Translations under genes and position numbers: made by a program | The notes under the pieces: model-generated | Database searches by the model: none | The model's input: only the letters and a program-made list of their open reading frames with translations | What the model was told of the DNA's origin: nothing | Shown here: positions 56,994-64,000 of the stretch, one piece after another | Position numbering within the stretch: position 1 is the first letter of the stretch | Layout: every line of letters begins with the position of its first letter | Assembly (NCBI GenBank): GCA_964515375.1 | Contig: CAZERF010000004.1 | Span: 22,012 to 86,011, forward strand | Length of the DNA: 64,000 bases | DNA from: an uncultured Candidatus Saccharibacteria bacterium | Lineage (GTDB): Bacteria; Patescibacteriota; Minisyncoccia; Phycocordibacterales; UBA6899 | Direction of reading: 5' to 3'

Positions 56994-57008
56994 TCCTGCC
57001 GCCGGAGC
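56994..57008 (+). repeat. 15-nt exact copy of tRNA-Asn 3' end (att-like right boundary)
   Basis: 'tcctgccgccggagc' is identical to 55131-55145. Confidence 0.55.
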
Positions 57009-57013
57009 ATTGC

Positions 57014-57042
57014 TTGACACAATGCTAAAAGTATGCTAACAT
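57014..57042 (+). promoter_or_regulatory. sigma70-type promoter TTGACA-17-TAACAT
   Basis: Read directly; ~40 bp upstream of the SD/ATG of the 57082 ORF. Confidence 0.5.
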
Positions 57043-57081
57043 TTGAACTGGATCACGAAATAGTCAACCAAGAGGTGAAAA

Positions 57082-57399
57082 ATGCCGGAAAGCACACGGA
57101 ACTATGATTGCCCTGTGTACGGAACGCAGGGCGGAGGACTCGTTCGCTATGTGGACGGTCGCTATGTTTTCGTCGAGAAGCCTGATTGCGAAGGCCTCGA
57201 CGTTGGGGATGAAATGCCCCAAGAGTGGGGTGTCGTTCCTGCCAATGAGGCCGCTCGGTGCGAAGAGGAGAACGCTCGCGACTTAGAGAGAGCTTTTGAT
57301 GAGTTTTTCGACCTCGCGTTCAAGAAGGTCGACGCGGGTGAGCTGTCTCTTGAGCAGGTGGGACGTTTCTTCCCACAGGATATCCGTGACCGCAATTAG
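57082..57399 (+). CDS. hypothetical acidic protein
   Basis: Promoter, SD (agaggtga) and a terminator hairpin at 57423-57456. Confidence 0.45.
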   Translation: MPESTRNYDCPVYGTQGGGLVRYVDGRYVFVEKPDCEGLDVGDEMPQEWGVVPANEAARCEEENARDLERAFDEFFDLAFKKVDAGELSLEQVGRFFPQDIRDRN

Positions 57400-57683
57400 T
57401 TAGTGGTCACTCACCGTCTGTACGAAGCCGTTTGCTTCTGCAGGCGGTTTCTTTTTGTAAAATTAGTTCTGAAGTTGTTTGATTCCCGAACAACTTCAAA
57501 ATCCCTGAAGCATCAATTTTTTTTTTGAACAGCAACCCAGTTCAGAGTTCTGAACTTGTCTAGGATAGGGAGTCAAGTTGAACAGACCGAGGCAAAAACC
57601 TCGGTTTTGTCTTTGTTGTCTTGCAGGTTCTTGTGTGCTAGAACGAGTGAGGCTATTTCTGATCCTCAATAAGGAGGTGTGTC

Positions 57684-57971
57684 ATGGTGATCGTTCTTTT
57701 GTACTTGTTTGGGTTTTCCCTTGGGGTCACGCTGGGGTTATTGATTTCCGAGTTTGTCTCGTGGTCGCTCTTTTTTGCTGGAATCTTCGTGATCGTGCTC
57801 GTGACGGAGGTCATCGGGTCTTGGGGGTTTGGGTCACACTGGAGGAAGTATCGTCGCGATGTGTACATTCTTTATTCTGGACCTTTTGTGCTCATTCTTG
57901 CCGGAGCTCTTTTGAGTGGAGGGAAGATCGGCGCGCTACTGGTGTCGATCGCGACACTGTTGAGTCGTTGA
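57684..57971 (+). CDS. small hypothetical membrane protein (3 TM)
   Basis: Strong SD (taAGGAGGtgtgtcATG). Confidence 0.5.
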   Translation: MVIVLLYLFGFSLGVTLGLLISEFVSWSLFFAGIFVIVLVTEVIGSWGFGSHWRKYRRDVYILYSGPFVLILAGALLSGGKIGALLVSIATLLSR

Positions 57972-58065
57972 AGGTGTAATACAGATAATACGGAAAAGGG
58001 TCATCGCGTTGGTGGCCCTTTTTTATATCCTTCACGTTCGCATTCCTTTTGCTATACTTTATTGT

Positions 58066-58290
58066 ATGGAATCAAAAGAATACTATGACCCGAATGGGTC
58101 GCGCACGGAAGGAGAGATGCCCGGGATCAATCCCAATGACCCCTTTTCTCAAACTCCCGACGCGGTGCCGCAGCCGTTTGTGCCTGAGGTGGAGCGCACG
58201 CCGATTGCGGTGATCGATGGCGCGCTGCTTGACTTGGACGAGGATGAGGACGAAGAAGAACTTCCTCCTCGGAAGCCGACCATTCACTGA
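58066..58290 (+). CDS. hypothetical acidic protein
   Basis: ORF only; start uncertain (open from 58009). Confidence 0.25.
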   Translation: MESKEYYDPNGSRTEGEMPGINPNDPFSQTPDAVPQPFVPEVERTPIAVIDGALLDLDEDEDEEELPPRKPTIH

Positions 58291-58409
58291 ACACCGTGAT
58301 CGAATTGCGGTTATTCGCCCGTCATTTTTGGGCGGGGATGTTGTTGCGAAAGAGAGCGCGGTGTCTCGTGTGAATGACACGAGCGTCACCTTGCTTGATC
58401 CGTGGTACG

Positions 58410-59516
58410 ATGAAGTTTATGAAGGATATTTCTTGTGAAGATCTCGGGTACGACGAATTCTTTGATGTTCAGGTCACTGAGGATCTTCGCTCATTTTCCG
58501 TCGCTCGTGTGACCGGGGAACAAAAGGGATCGTATACGGTAAAAAATAGTGAGGGGGAATTTCGCGCGACGATCACCGGGAAGCAGATCTTTTCCGCGAC
58601 GGGAAGGGGAGATTATCCCGCCGTCGGGGACTGGGTCATGATCGAACCTCTTGAGGATCAAAAGGCCGTCATTCGTTCGGTGCTTGCGAGGAAGACGGTC
58701 ATGAAGAGGAAGCGGAGCGGAAGTGATGAGATCCAGATCATTGGGGCAAATATTGACGTTGCGTTCGTGGTTGAGTCGTTCGATCGTGATTACAATCTGA
58801 ATCGTATCGAGCGCTATTTTGCGATCGCGCGGGACGGGGGAATACAGCCGGCGATCCTTATGACTAAGATCGATCTTCTTTCGGCTCCTGAACTTTCCGA
58901 ACGTTTGGCCGAACTTACCACACGGTTCCCCGATGTTGATATCATTGCGGTGAGTACGATCACGAACACGGGAATTGATACGTTGGAGCGATATATGGTG
59001 AAAGGGAAGACATACTGCTTCCTCGGTTCTTCGGGTGTAGGGAAGTCATCGCTTGTGAACGCACTCCTCGGAGAAGAACGCATAAAGGTCGGAAGCATCG
59101 GGGAGCATTCCGAACGAGGAAAACATACGACGACCGCACGATCACTATATGTTCTTGGCGGAGGTGGGATCGTCATTGATAATCCCGGGATGCGCGAGGT
59201 CGGTATTGCCGATACAGAGGAGGGGGTGGTGGACCTTTTTGACGATATCGTTCTTCTCGCTTTGGACTGCAAGTTTGCGGACTGCACGCACCTCAAGGAG
59301 CCCGGTTGTCGCGTGCGTGCGGCGGTGGAGCAAGGGGTGTTAGATGAGGCGCGGTACCAACACTTCATTGCGCTCCAGCGAGAAGCGGAATTCTTCACAT
59401 TGAGTGAGCGTGACAAAAAGGAGAAGGAGAGGAATTTTGGCAAGTTCATCAAGAAGGCGAAACAGAGCCTGAAAAGGAGCGGTCATAAGGGATTCGGGGT
59501 CTTTGAGGGAGAGTAG
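58410..59516 (+). CDS. rsgA: ribosome small-subunit-dependent GTPase A (RsgA/YjeQ)
   Basis: 'GSSGVGKSSLVNAL', 'DNPGMRE', and the C-terminal zinc knuckle 'CKFADCTHLKEPGC'. Confidence 0.85.
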   Translation: MKFMKDISCEDLGYDEFFDVQVTEDLRSFSVARVTGEQKGSYTVKNSEGEFRATITGKQIFSATGRGDYPAVGDWVMIEPLEDQKAVIRSVLARKTVMKRKRSGSDEIQIIGANIDVAFVVESFDRDYNLNRIERYFAIARDGGIQPAILMTKIDLLSAPELSERLAELTTRFPDVDIIAVSTITNTGIDTLERYMVKGKTYCFLGSSGVGKSSLVNALLGEERIKVGSIGEHSERGKHTTTARSLYVLGGGGIVIDNPGMREVGIADTEEGVVDLFDDIVLLALDCKFADCTHLKEPGCRVRAAVEQGVLDEARYQHFIALQREAEFFTLSERDKKEKERNFGKFIKKAKQSLKRSGHKGFGVFEGE

Positions 59517-59550
59517 CATTTTCGGCGCTACTTCCTTTCTTTGTGTTATC

Positions 59551-59826
59551 ATGCTCACAATGATCATGCGTAATTTTTTCTACACACTTGTTGTCAATGA
59601 GGAACGACGCGCGCTTGCAAAGACGGCAACGTGGCGCGTTATCGCAACGGTCGTCACCGGTATCGTCGTCTACCTCTTTACGGGAGAGTTCGCGGAGGCG
59701 AGTAAGGCAACATTGGTTGCAGCGGTGGTGCTGACCATTCTGTATTATTTTCACGAAGAGTTTTGGGTCCGAATTCTCGCGCACGCAGTGCGCCGGGAAG
59801 GTCACCCACCCGCGGACGTGGTATGA
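59551..59826 (+). CDS. DUF2061-like small membrane protein
   Basis: 'RALAKTATWRVIATVVTGIVVY' pattern; start uncertain (59551 or 59560). Confidence 0.45.
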   Translation: MLTMIMRNFFYTLVVNEERRALAKTATWRVIATVVTGIVVYLFTGEFAEASKATLVAAVVLTILYYFHEEFWVRILAHAVRREGHPPADVV

Positions 59827-60314
59827 TGAGGTCCATGCTCCACGTCACACATCCGCGCGCGTTCGTGGTCGCGCTTCTTGTTCCGCAGTTGGCCGGGATC
59901 ATCGGCTCATTCTTTACCTTTCCCGCGATCAACGAATGGTATCGGGGTCTTCAAATGCCTTCGCTTGCGCCGCCGAATTGGGTCTTTGGTCCCGTGTGGA
60001 CGACCCTCTTTTTGCTTATGGGAATTGCACTCTATCTCGTGTGGAAGTCGGGCGGATCGCGAAGGGAAGTGCACCTCGCACTGTCGATCTTTGGTGTGCA
60101 GCTCGTTCTGAACTCCCTCTGGTCGATACTCTTTTTTGGAATGAGGAATCCCGGTGTCGCGTTTGCCGAGATCGTACTCCTTTGGGTTGCGATCGTTGCG
60201 ACGATCATCATGTTCGGGCGCATTACGCGCGTCGCCGCGTGGCTCCTTGTCCCATATCTCGCGTGGGTGAGTTTTGCCGCATATTTGAATTTTATGATCT
60301 GGCAACTCAATTAG
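59823..60314 (+). CDS. tspO: TspO/MBR family tryptophan-rich sensory protein
   Basis: 'NEWYRGLQMPSLAPPNWVFGPVWTTLF', Trp-rich five-TM protein. Confidence 0.85.
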   Translation: MMRSMLHVTHPRAFVVALLVPQLAGIIGSFFTFPAINEWYRGLQMPSLAPPNWVFGPVWTTLFLLMGIALYLVWKSGGSRREVHLALSIFGVQLVLNSLWSILFFGMRNPGVAFAEIVLLWVAIVATIIMFGRITRVAAWLLVPYLAWVSFAAYLNFMIWQLN

Positions 60315-60339
60315 ATCGACGCAATTCAAAAAATAAAAA

Positions 60340-60372
60340 AGAAAAGGACGGCCGAAGCCGTCCTTTGTAAAA
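60340..60372. terminator. bidirectional terminator
   Basis: 'aaaaggacggccgaagccgtcctttt'. Confidence 0.65.
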
Positions 60373-60382
60373 GATCAGGAAC

Positions 60383-61681
60383 TTAGAACGAGTAGCGGAT
60401 CTCGCCAAAGGCGCGATCGTTGTCGCCCCATCGTCCGAAATACCCCGTCCGATCACCCATGTACACTTCCGCTCCGACCGTGGCGCGCACGTTCCCCGTC
60501 ACGTCGTAGGAGATCTGCGAAGAGAAGAAACGATCTCCGCGGTTCAGCCCATAGACGGCGAGTGCCTGCACTTCGACCTTCGGGGCGACGCGAGCACTCA
60601 CGAGGACGCTCGCCGCGGTCTCCACTTGGTCTTGGTAAAGTGAGGCGTCGTGGTCGGTGAGCACGCTTTGGAGCACTTGCAGGTTGACGCGTCCTTCCGA
60701 TTCGGTGAAGGGGATGTCGACGCCGAGCGCGTAGTCCAGAGCGCCGCTTTCTTGAAGTCCGAGCGGGGCGTTCGGAGCGGCGCTTTGGAAGCGACGGCCG
60801 TTCGTGTACACCGCCTCACCCTTGAGCACGAAAGTTTCCAAGTCCTTCGTAAATGTCCCGCCCACTTGCGTGATGCGGTCGTGCGCTTCACGGAAGACAA
60901 CTCCGCGCGTGGTGAGGTGGCGTTCGAGGACTGGCGCGACCGAGGTGCTACGGTACGCGAAGGCCGAGAGATCCCATCCGTCGACGAGCGTGCCGAGACG
61001 AAAGCCGGTGTTCATGCCGTCCGCTTTGTCTTTCTCGACACTTGTCACGCCAAGCGGAGTGTAGGGCGAGAAGGCGGCACCGGGCCTTCCGACCTTGTCC
61101 ACCGTTGCCCTAGGAATCCAAACGAAGTCGGCATGGACGTCGCCGACATCACGTTCGACGCGTACCGCCCATTGCGGGAGGCGCAGTCGTGCGATGTCGG
61201 AACGGACGTATCCGTCTCGAAGGTCTCTTGGTGAGATGGTGTCACCGATGAAGGTGCCGACCATCTCGCCCCAGACGATGTATTGGTTGCCGATACGGCC
61301 GACCCAATCGTCGTTCTCGAGGTCAAGATACGCTTCGCAGAGCGCGAGGTCGTTTCGTTCGTCGCGACGCGCCAGAGGGGAGAGGTGGTCGGAGTGCGCG
61401 ATCACGGGGTCCGTGTATCCGCGCGCGCAGACCTTGTAGCGGACGGAGGGCGAGAGCGCTCCTGCCGTGGAGAGTTCCAGCCCGACGCGACCTTTCGACC
61501 AGTGTGCGGGGGAGCCGAAGGTGTACGCGGTCTCTCCCGTGAGTACGCCGCGTACGGAACGCGACGAAGACTCTTGTTTTGCCGGAGCAAGGTCGCCGAA
61601 GAGTTCGTCTTCGAGTTCTCCTGCGTGCACTGGAAAAACTGCCGCAGCGAGAAGTGTGGTGATTGCAAAGAACCGTTTCAT
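60383..61681 (-). CDS. putative outer-membrane beta-barrel protein
   Basis: Signal peptide MKRFFAITTLLAAAVFPVHA; alternating amphipathic beta-strand pattern; C-terminal '...GEIRYSF' aromatic terminus. Confidence 0.5.
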   Translation of the reverse strand: MKRFFAITTLLAAAVFPVHAGELEDELFGDLAPAKQESSSRSVRGVLTGETAYTFGSPAHWSKGRVGLELSTAGALSPSVRYKVCARGYTDPVIAHSDHLSPLARRDERNDLALCEAYLDLENDDWVGRIGNQYIVWGEMVGTFIGDTISPRDLRDGYVRSDIARLRLPQWAVRVERDVGDVHADFVWIPRATVDKVGRPGAAFSPYTPLGVTSVEKDKADGMNTGFRLGTLVDGWDLSAFAYRSTSVAPVLERHLTTRGVVFREAHDRITQVGGTFTKDLETFVLKGEAVYTNGRRFQSAAPNAPLGLQESGALDYALGVDIPFTESEGRVNLQVLQSVLTDHDASLYQDQVETAASVLVSARVAPKVEVQALAVYGLNRGDRFFSSQISYDVTGNVRATVGAEVYMGDRTGYFGRWGDNDRAFGEIRYSF

Positions 61682-61861
61682 CGGTTTCTCCCGAGAAATT
61701 GTCCCACAGAGCCTATCTCTGTAAGTAAGCTTATTATATCATAGAATAACAATTCTGTAAATATTTTTGATAGTTCATAAAAACATTGAAAATTGACTTT
61801 TCTTGCTTTATTTCCAGAATGAGGAGAGGTCATCTTGTCCTATTAGGAATGGAGGTGTGTC

Positions 61862-62305
61862 ATGCGTACGTTCTACTCTTTTTGTTTTTCATTTTTTCTT
61901 GTGTTCTTCAGTTGCCAAGTGGGGGCGGAAGGACCGTTTCGGGTGTTTTATGCTGACGAGGAACATCCGATCGTCGCCCTTTTCGTCGATCAACCTCGGA
62001 ACGAGGTCGACGGTGTGACACTCCTGATGCTTGGGAATATCGTGCGCTCTTTTTCGGAACGCGGATGGACGACTGAAAACGAGGAACTCGTTTCCGACAC
62101 GGTTTGCTCTCTCGAGTTGCTTTCTTGGGAACGGATACAGGCGTCGTGTGGGCCGATTCGAGATCCGGGCAATGGCATTGTGATCCGCCGTTCTCTCTCG
62201 ATGTCACAGCATGGCGGTGCGCTTCCTGCTGAGATGGACCGCCTTTATCGTGACTATGTTCTCGTGCGCAATATCGTTGTATGGGATAAGTCCTTGCTTG
62301 ACTGA
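61862..62305 (+). CDS. hypothetical secreted protein
   Basis: Signal peptide; SD ggaGGAGGtgtgtcATG; terminator at 62316-62350. Confidence 0.4.
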   Translation: MRTFYSFCFSFFLVFFSCQVGAEGPFRVFYADEEHPIVALFVDQPRNEVDGVTLLMLGNIVRSFSERGWTTENEELVSDTVCSLELLSWERIQASCGPIRDPGNGIVIRRSLSMSQHGGALPAEMDRLYRDYVLVRNIVVWDKSLLD

Positions 62306-62392
62306 AGGATAGAGGGCTCTCGTGAGTATGAGAGCCCTTTCTTTTTTTAAATAAAAACCGCCGGTCATGGACAGGCGGTCAAGTCGACCCTT

Positions 62393-62740
62393 TTACGAGA
62401 GTTGGCGCAGAAGTCGGCGATAGAGACCGTATGCGGAGTGGCCTGATGGTTGATCAAAAACCCACTCGAGAAGACAAGACCCTGAAGGCGCAATGACCTT
62501 TGCGGTGACATCTCTGGAATTCGGATCTTGCTCGAGGTACAACCGGGAATTCTCCGGAAATCCGTTCAGGGCGAGAAGCGGCGTCTTGCATTGTTTGGGC
62601 GGGATCTCCTCCTTTGTACTGTCATGCGGATCGCCAACACAATACGGACCCGGAAAGAGGATCATCGCGGCGTTTGTTCCGGGGAAACCTGACCGTTCCG
62701 TCGTGAAGGTGACACAAATATTTGCTTTTGTTTTGAACAT
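62393..62740 (-). CDS. hypothetical protein
   Basis: ORF with a downstream minus-strand terminator hairpin. Confidence 0.3.
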   Translation of the reverse strand: MFKTKANICVTFTTERSGFPGTNAAMILFPGPYCVGDPHDSTKEEIPPKQCKTPLLALNGFPENSRLYLEQDPNSRDVTAKVIAPSGSCLLEWVFDQPSGHSAYGLYRRLLRQLS

Positions 62741-62862
62741 GCTCGATCTCCTTTTGATTGAACGTGGAAGGAACGTTATTTCAATGTGTTACCACGAGAA
62801 CAAAGTCGAGTCAACGGTCGCTCGGTTCTTGGTGATGCTATACTACTCTTTATACTTCGTTT

Positions 62863-63795
62863 ATGATGCTCGATAATATCTTCATATTCTTTGGGTCTCT
62901 TTTTCTCGTTGCAAAAGGGGCGGATGTCGCCACGCGTTTCGCGGGGCTGCTTGCCGAGTCGTTCCGTCTTTCGCGATATACGGTCGGATTCATCATTGTT
63001 GCGGTCATCTCCATTCTCCCTGAAACCTTCATCGCAGTGAACGCCTCGCTCGCGGGGATGCCTTCTTTTGGGCTCGGAACGTTATTCGGTTCCAATATTG
63101 CCGATCTCACACTCATCTTCGCACTGCTTACCTTTGTTGCGCGTCGCGGTATCACGATCGAAACACACATCCTGAAGACCAACAGAGCGTATCCCTTCCT
63201 TCTGCTTCTCCCGCTCCTTCTCGGCGCGGACGGGTATTATTCGTTCACAGACGGTTTGGTTCTTATTTTGACCGGTGCTGTATTTTACGCCTATGCATTT
63301 CGGAGCGGGGCGGATGAGATCTTGCCCGACTCCTCGCGGAAGGAACGTTGGAAATATCTCCTCGGTCTCTTTGGAGGGATGATCATGCTCCTTTCCGGCG
63401 CGCATTTCATTGTGACCTCCGCGTCCGCGATCGCGATGGATATCGGCGTCAGTCCGATCTTGATCGGCATGCTTGTCGTGGGGCTCGGAACGACGATACC
63501 CGAACTTATCTTTGGAGTGAAGGCTCTTCGACGCAAGGAGGATGATGTCGCGGTCGGAGATATTTTGGGGACGGTCCTTGCCGACGCGACGATCGTGGTG
63601 GGTATTCTCGCGCTCGTCCATCCCTTCGCCTTTCCCGAACGGATCGTTTTTGTGACGGGGGGATTCATGCTTGTCGCATCGCTTGTCCTTCTTTATTTTA
63701 TGCACACCGGGAAAACGCTCACTCGCAAGGAGTCGATCTTCCTCGTTTTCTTTTGGGTGCTTTTCGTGACCGTTGAATTCTTTGTGAGCAGATGA
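62863..63795 (+). CDS. Ca2+/Na+ antiporter family (CaCA, YrbG-like)
   Basis: Two alpha-repeats 'GTLFGSNIADLTLIFAL' and 'GDILGTVLADATIVVGILAL'. Confidence 0.8.
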   Translation: MMLDNIFIFFGSLFLVAKGADVATRFAGLLAESFRLSRYTVGFIIVAVISILPETFIAVNASLAGMPSFGLGTLFGSNIADLTLIFALLTFVARRGITIETHILKTNRAYPFLLLLPLLLGADGYYSFTDGLVLILTGAVFYAYAFRSGADEILPDSSRKERWKYLLGLFGGMIMLLSGAHFIVTSASAIAMDIGVSPILIGMLVVGLGTTIPELIFGVKALRRKEDDVAVGDILGTVLADATIVVGILALVHPFAFPERIVFVTGGFMLVASLVLLYFMHTGKTLTRKESIFLVFFWVLFVTVEFFVSR

Positions 63796-63842
63796 AAAAA
63801 CACCCCGGCGTACCGGGGTGTGGATGCTTTCTTTTGAAAGCT

Positions 63843-64000
63843 AGTGTTTCATTGCGTTTTGTATTCGCTTTGCTTCATTGAGGATCACCGTGATGAGCGC
63901 CTCCATGTCGAAGGTGGGGTAGAAGGCAAGCCCGTCTTCGTCCACACCGATCTGTACTCCGACAAAGATGATCTCGTCTGGAAGTTCCCATGCGACGCGC
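63843..64000 (-). CDS. hypothetical protein, C-terminal fragment (gene continues beyond window)
   Basis: The open frame ends ...ITVILNEAKRIQNAMKH* at 63843. Confidence 0.3.

Larger units (their letters stand above)
55147..57008. mobile_element. AT-rich tRNA-Asn-associated genomic islet carrying an AbiEi/AbiEii module, bounded by tRNA 3'-end repeats (no integrase retained)
   Basis: Sharp drop in GC. Direct repeats of the tRNA 3' end at 55305-55361 and 56994-57008, and a T-arm-like fragment at 55226-55246. Confidence 0.5.

Noticed and set aside
1-64000. CRISPR arrays, rRNA genes, integrase/transposase genes, restriction-modification genes
   Set aside because: Searched by eye for short regular direct repeats, rRNA-like conserved blocks, tyrosine/serine recombinase or DDE motifs, and N6-MTase (DPPY) motifs. 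None were found. All methyltransferases here have small-molecule/class-I folds without DNA-MTase motifs.

Overview
This is a gene-dense bacterial chromosomal segment of roughly 55-58% GC, with no rRNA genes and no CRISPR array. All calls rest on motif recognition and reading frames by eye; no database search was run.

Window contents in order:
- 1-5.3 kb: one very large secreted multidomain protein (beta-helix repeats, an alpha/beta-hydrolase GxSxG core, an MBG-like segment and a C-terminal beta-sandwich domain). Its last ~305 bp are repeated almost perfectly 790 bp downstream, and two paralogous small membrane proteins sit between and after the copies.
- 5.4-30.6 kb: a ~25-kb cell-surface glycan biosynthesis locus. 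It holds eight GT4/GT1-like glycosyltransferases, one GT2, six to seven class-I SAM methyltransferases, an ATP-grasp enzyme, a PIG-L/LmbE deacetylase, a NodB-type polysaccharide deacetylase, a short UDP-glucose/GDP-mannose-dehydrogenase-like protein, a YvcK/CofD-like protein, an AsnB-type amidotransferase, GtrA, a Wzx flippase and a Wzy_C/O-antigen-ligase with TPR repeats. Embedded in it are an Elp3-like radical-SAM/GNAT protein and a 5'(3')-deoxyribonucleotidase.
- 30.6-54.4 kb: housekeeping and envelope genes (MurB, SecA, RarA, ECF sigma with anti-sigma, malic enzyme, TerC, pyruvate kinase, thiolase, SDR, nitroreductase with HxlR, RlpA, VanX-like dipeptidase, a SET-domain protein and a Thr/Gly-rich secreted protein with a LysM neighbour). 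Two tiny lysine-rich histone-H1-like ORFs are also in this stretch.
- 55.07-57.0 kb: tRNA-Asn(GUU) followed by an AT-rich ~1.9-kb islet carrying an AbiEi/AbiEii toxin-antitoxin pair, bounded by repeated copies of the tRNA 3' end.
- 57-64 kb: RsgA, DUF2061, TspO, a putative outer-membrane beta-barrel, a CaCA exchanger and several small hypotheticals.

Unexplained items worth follow-up:
- a 21-bp perfect palindrome found twice
- a promoter-plus-terminator-defined small RNA candidate next to a 70%-GC structured non-coding block at 37.0-37.5 kb
- the near-identical duplication of the C-terminal domain
- the SET-domain protein together with the H1-like peptides
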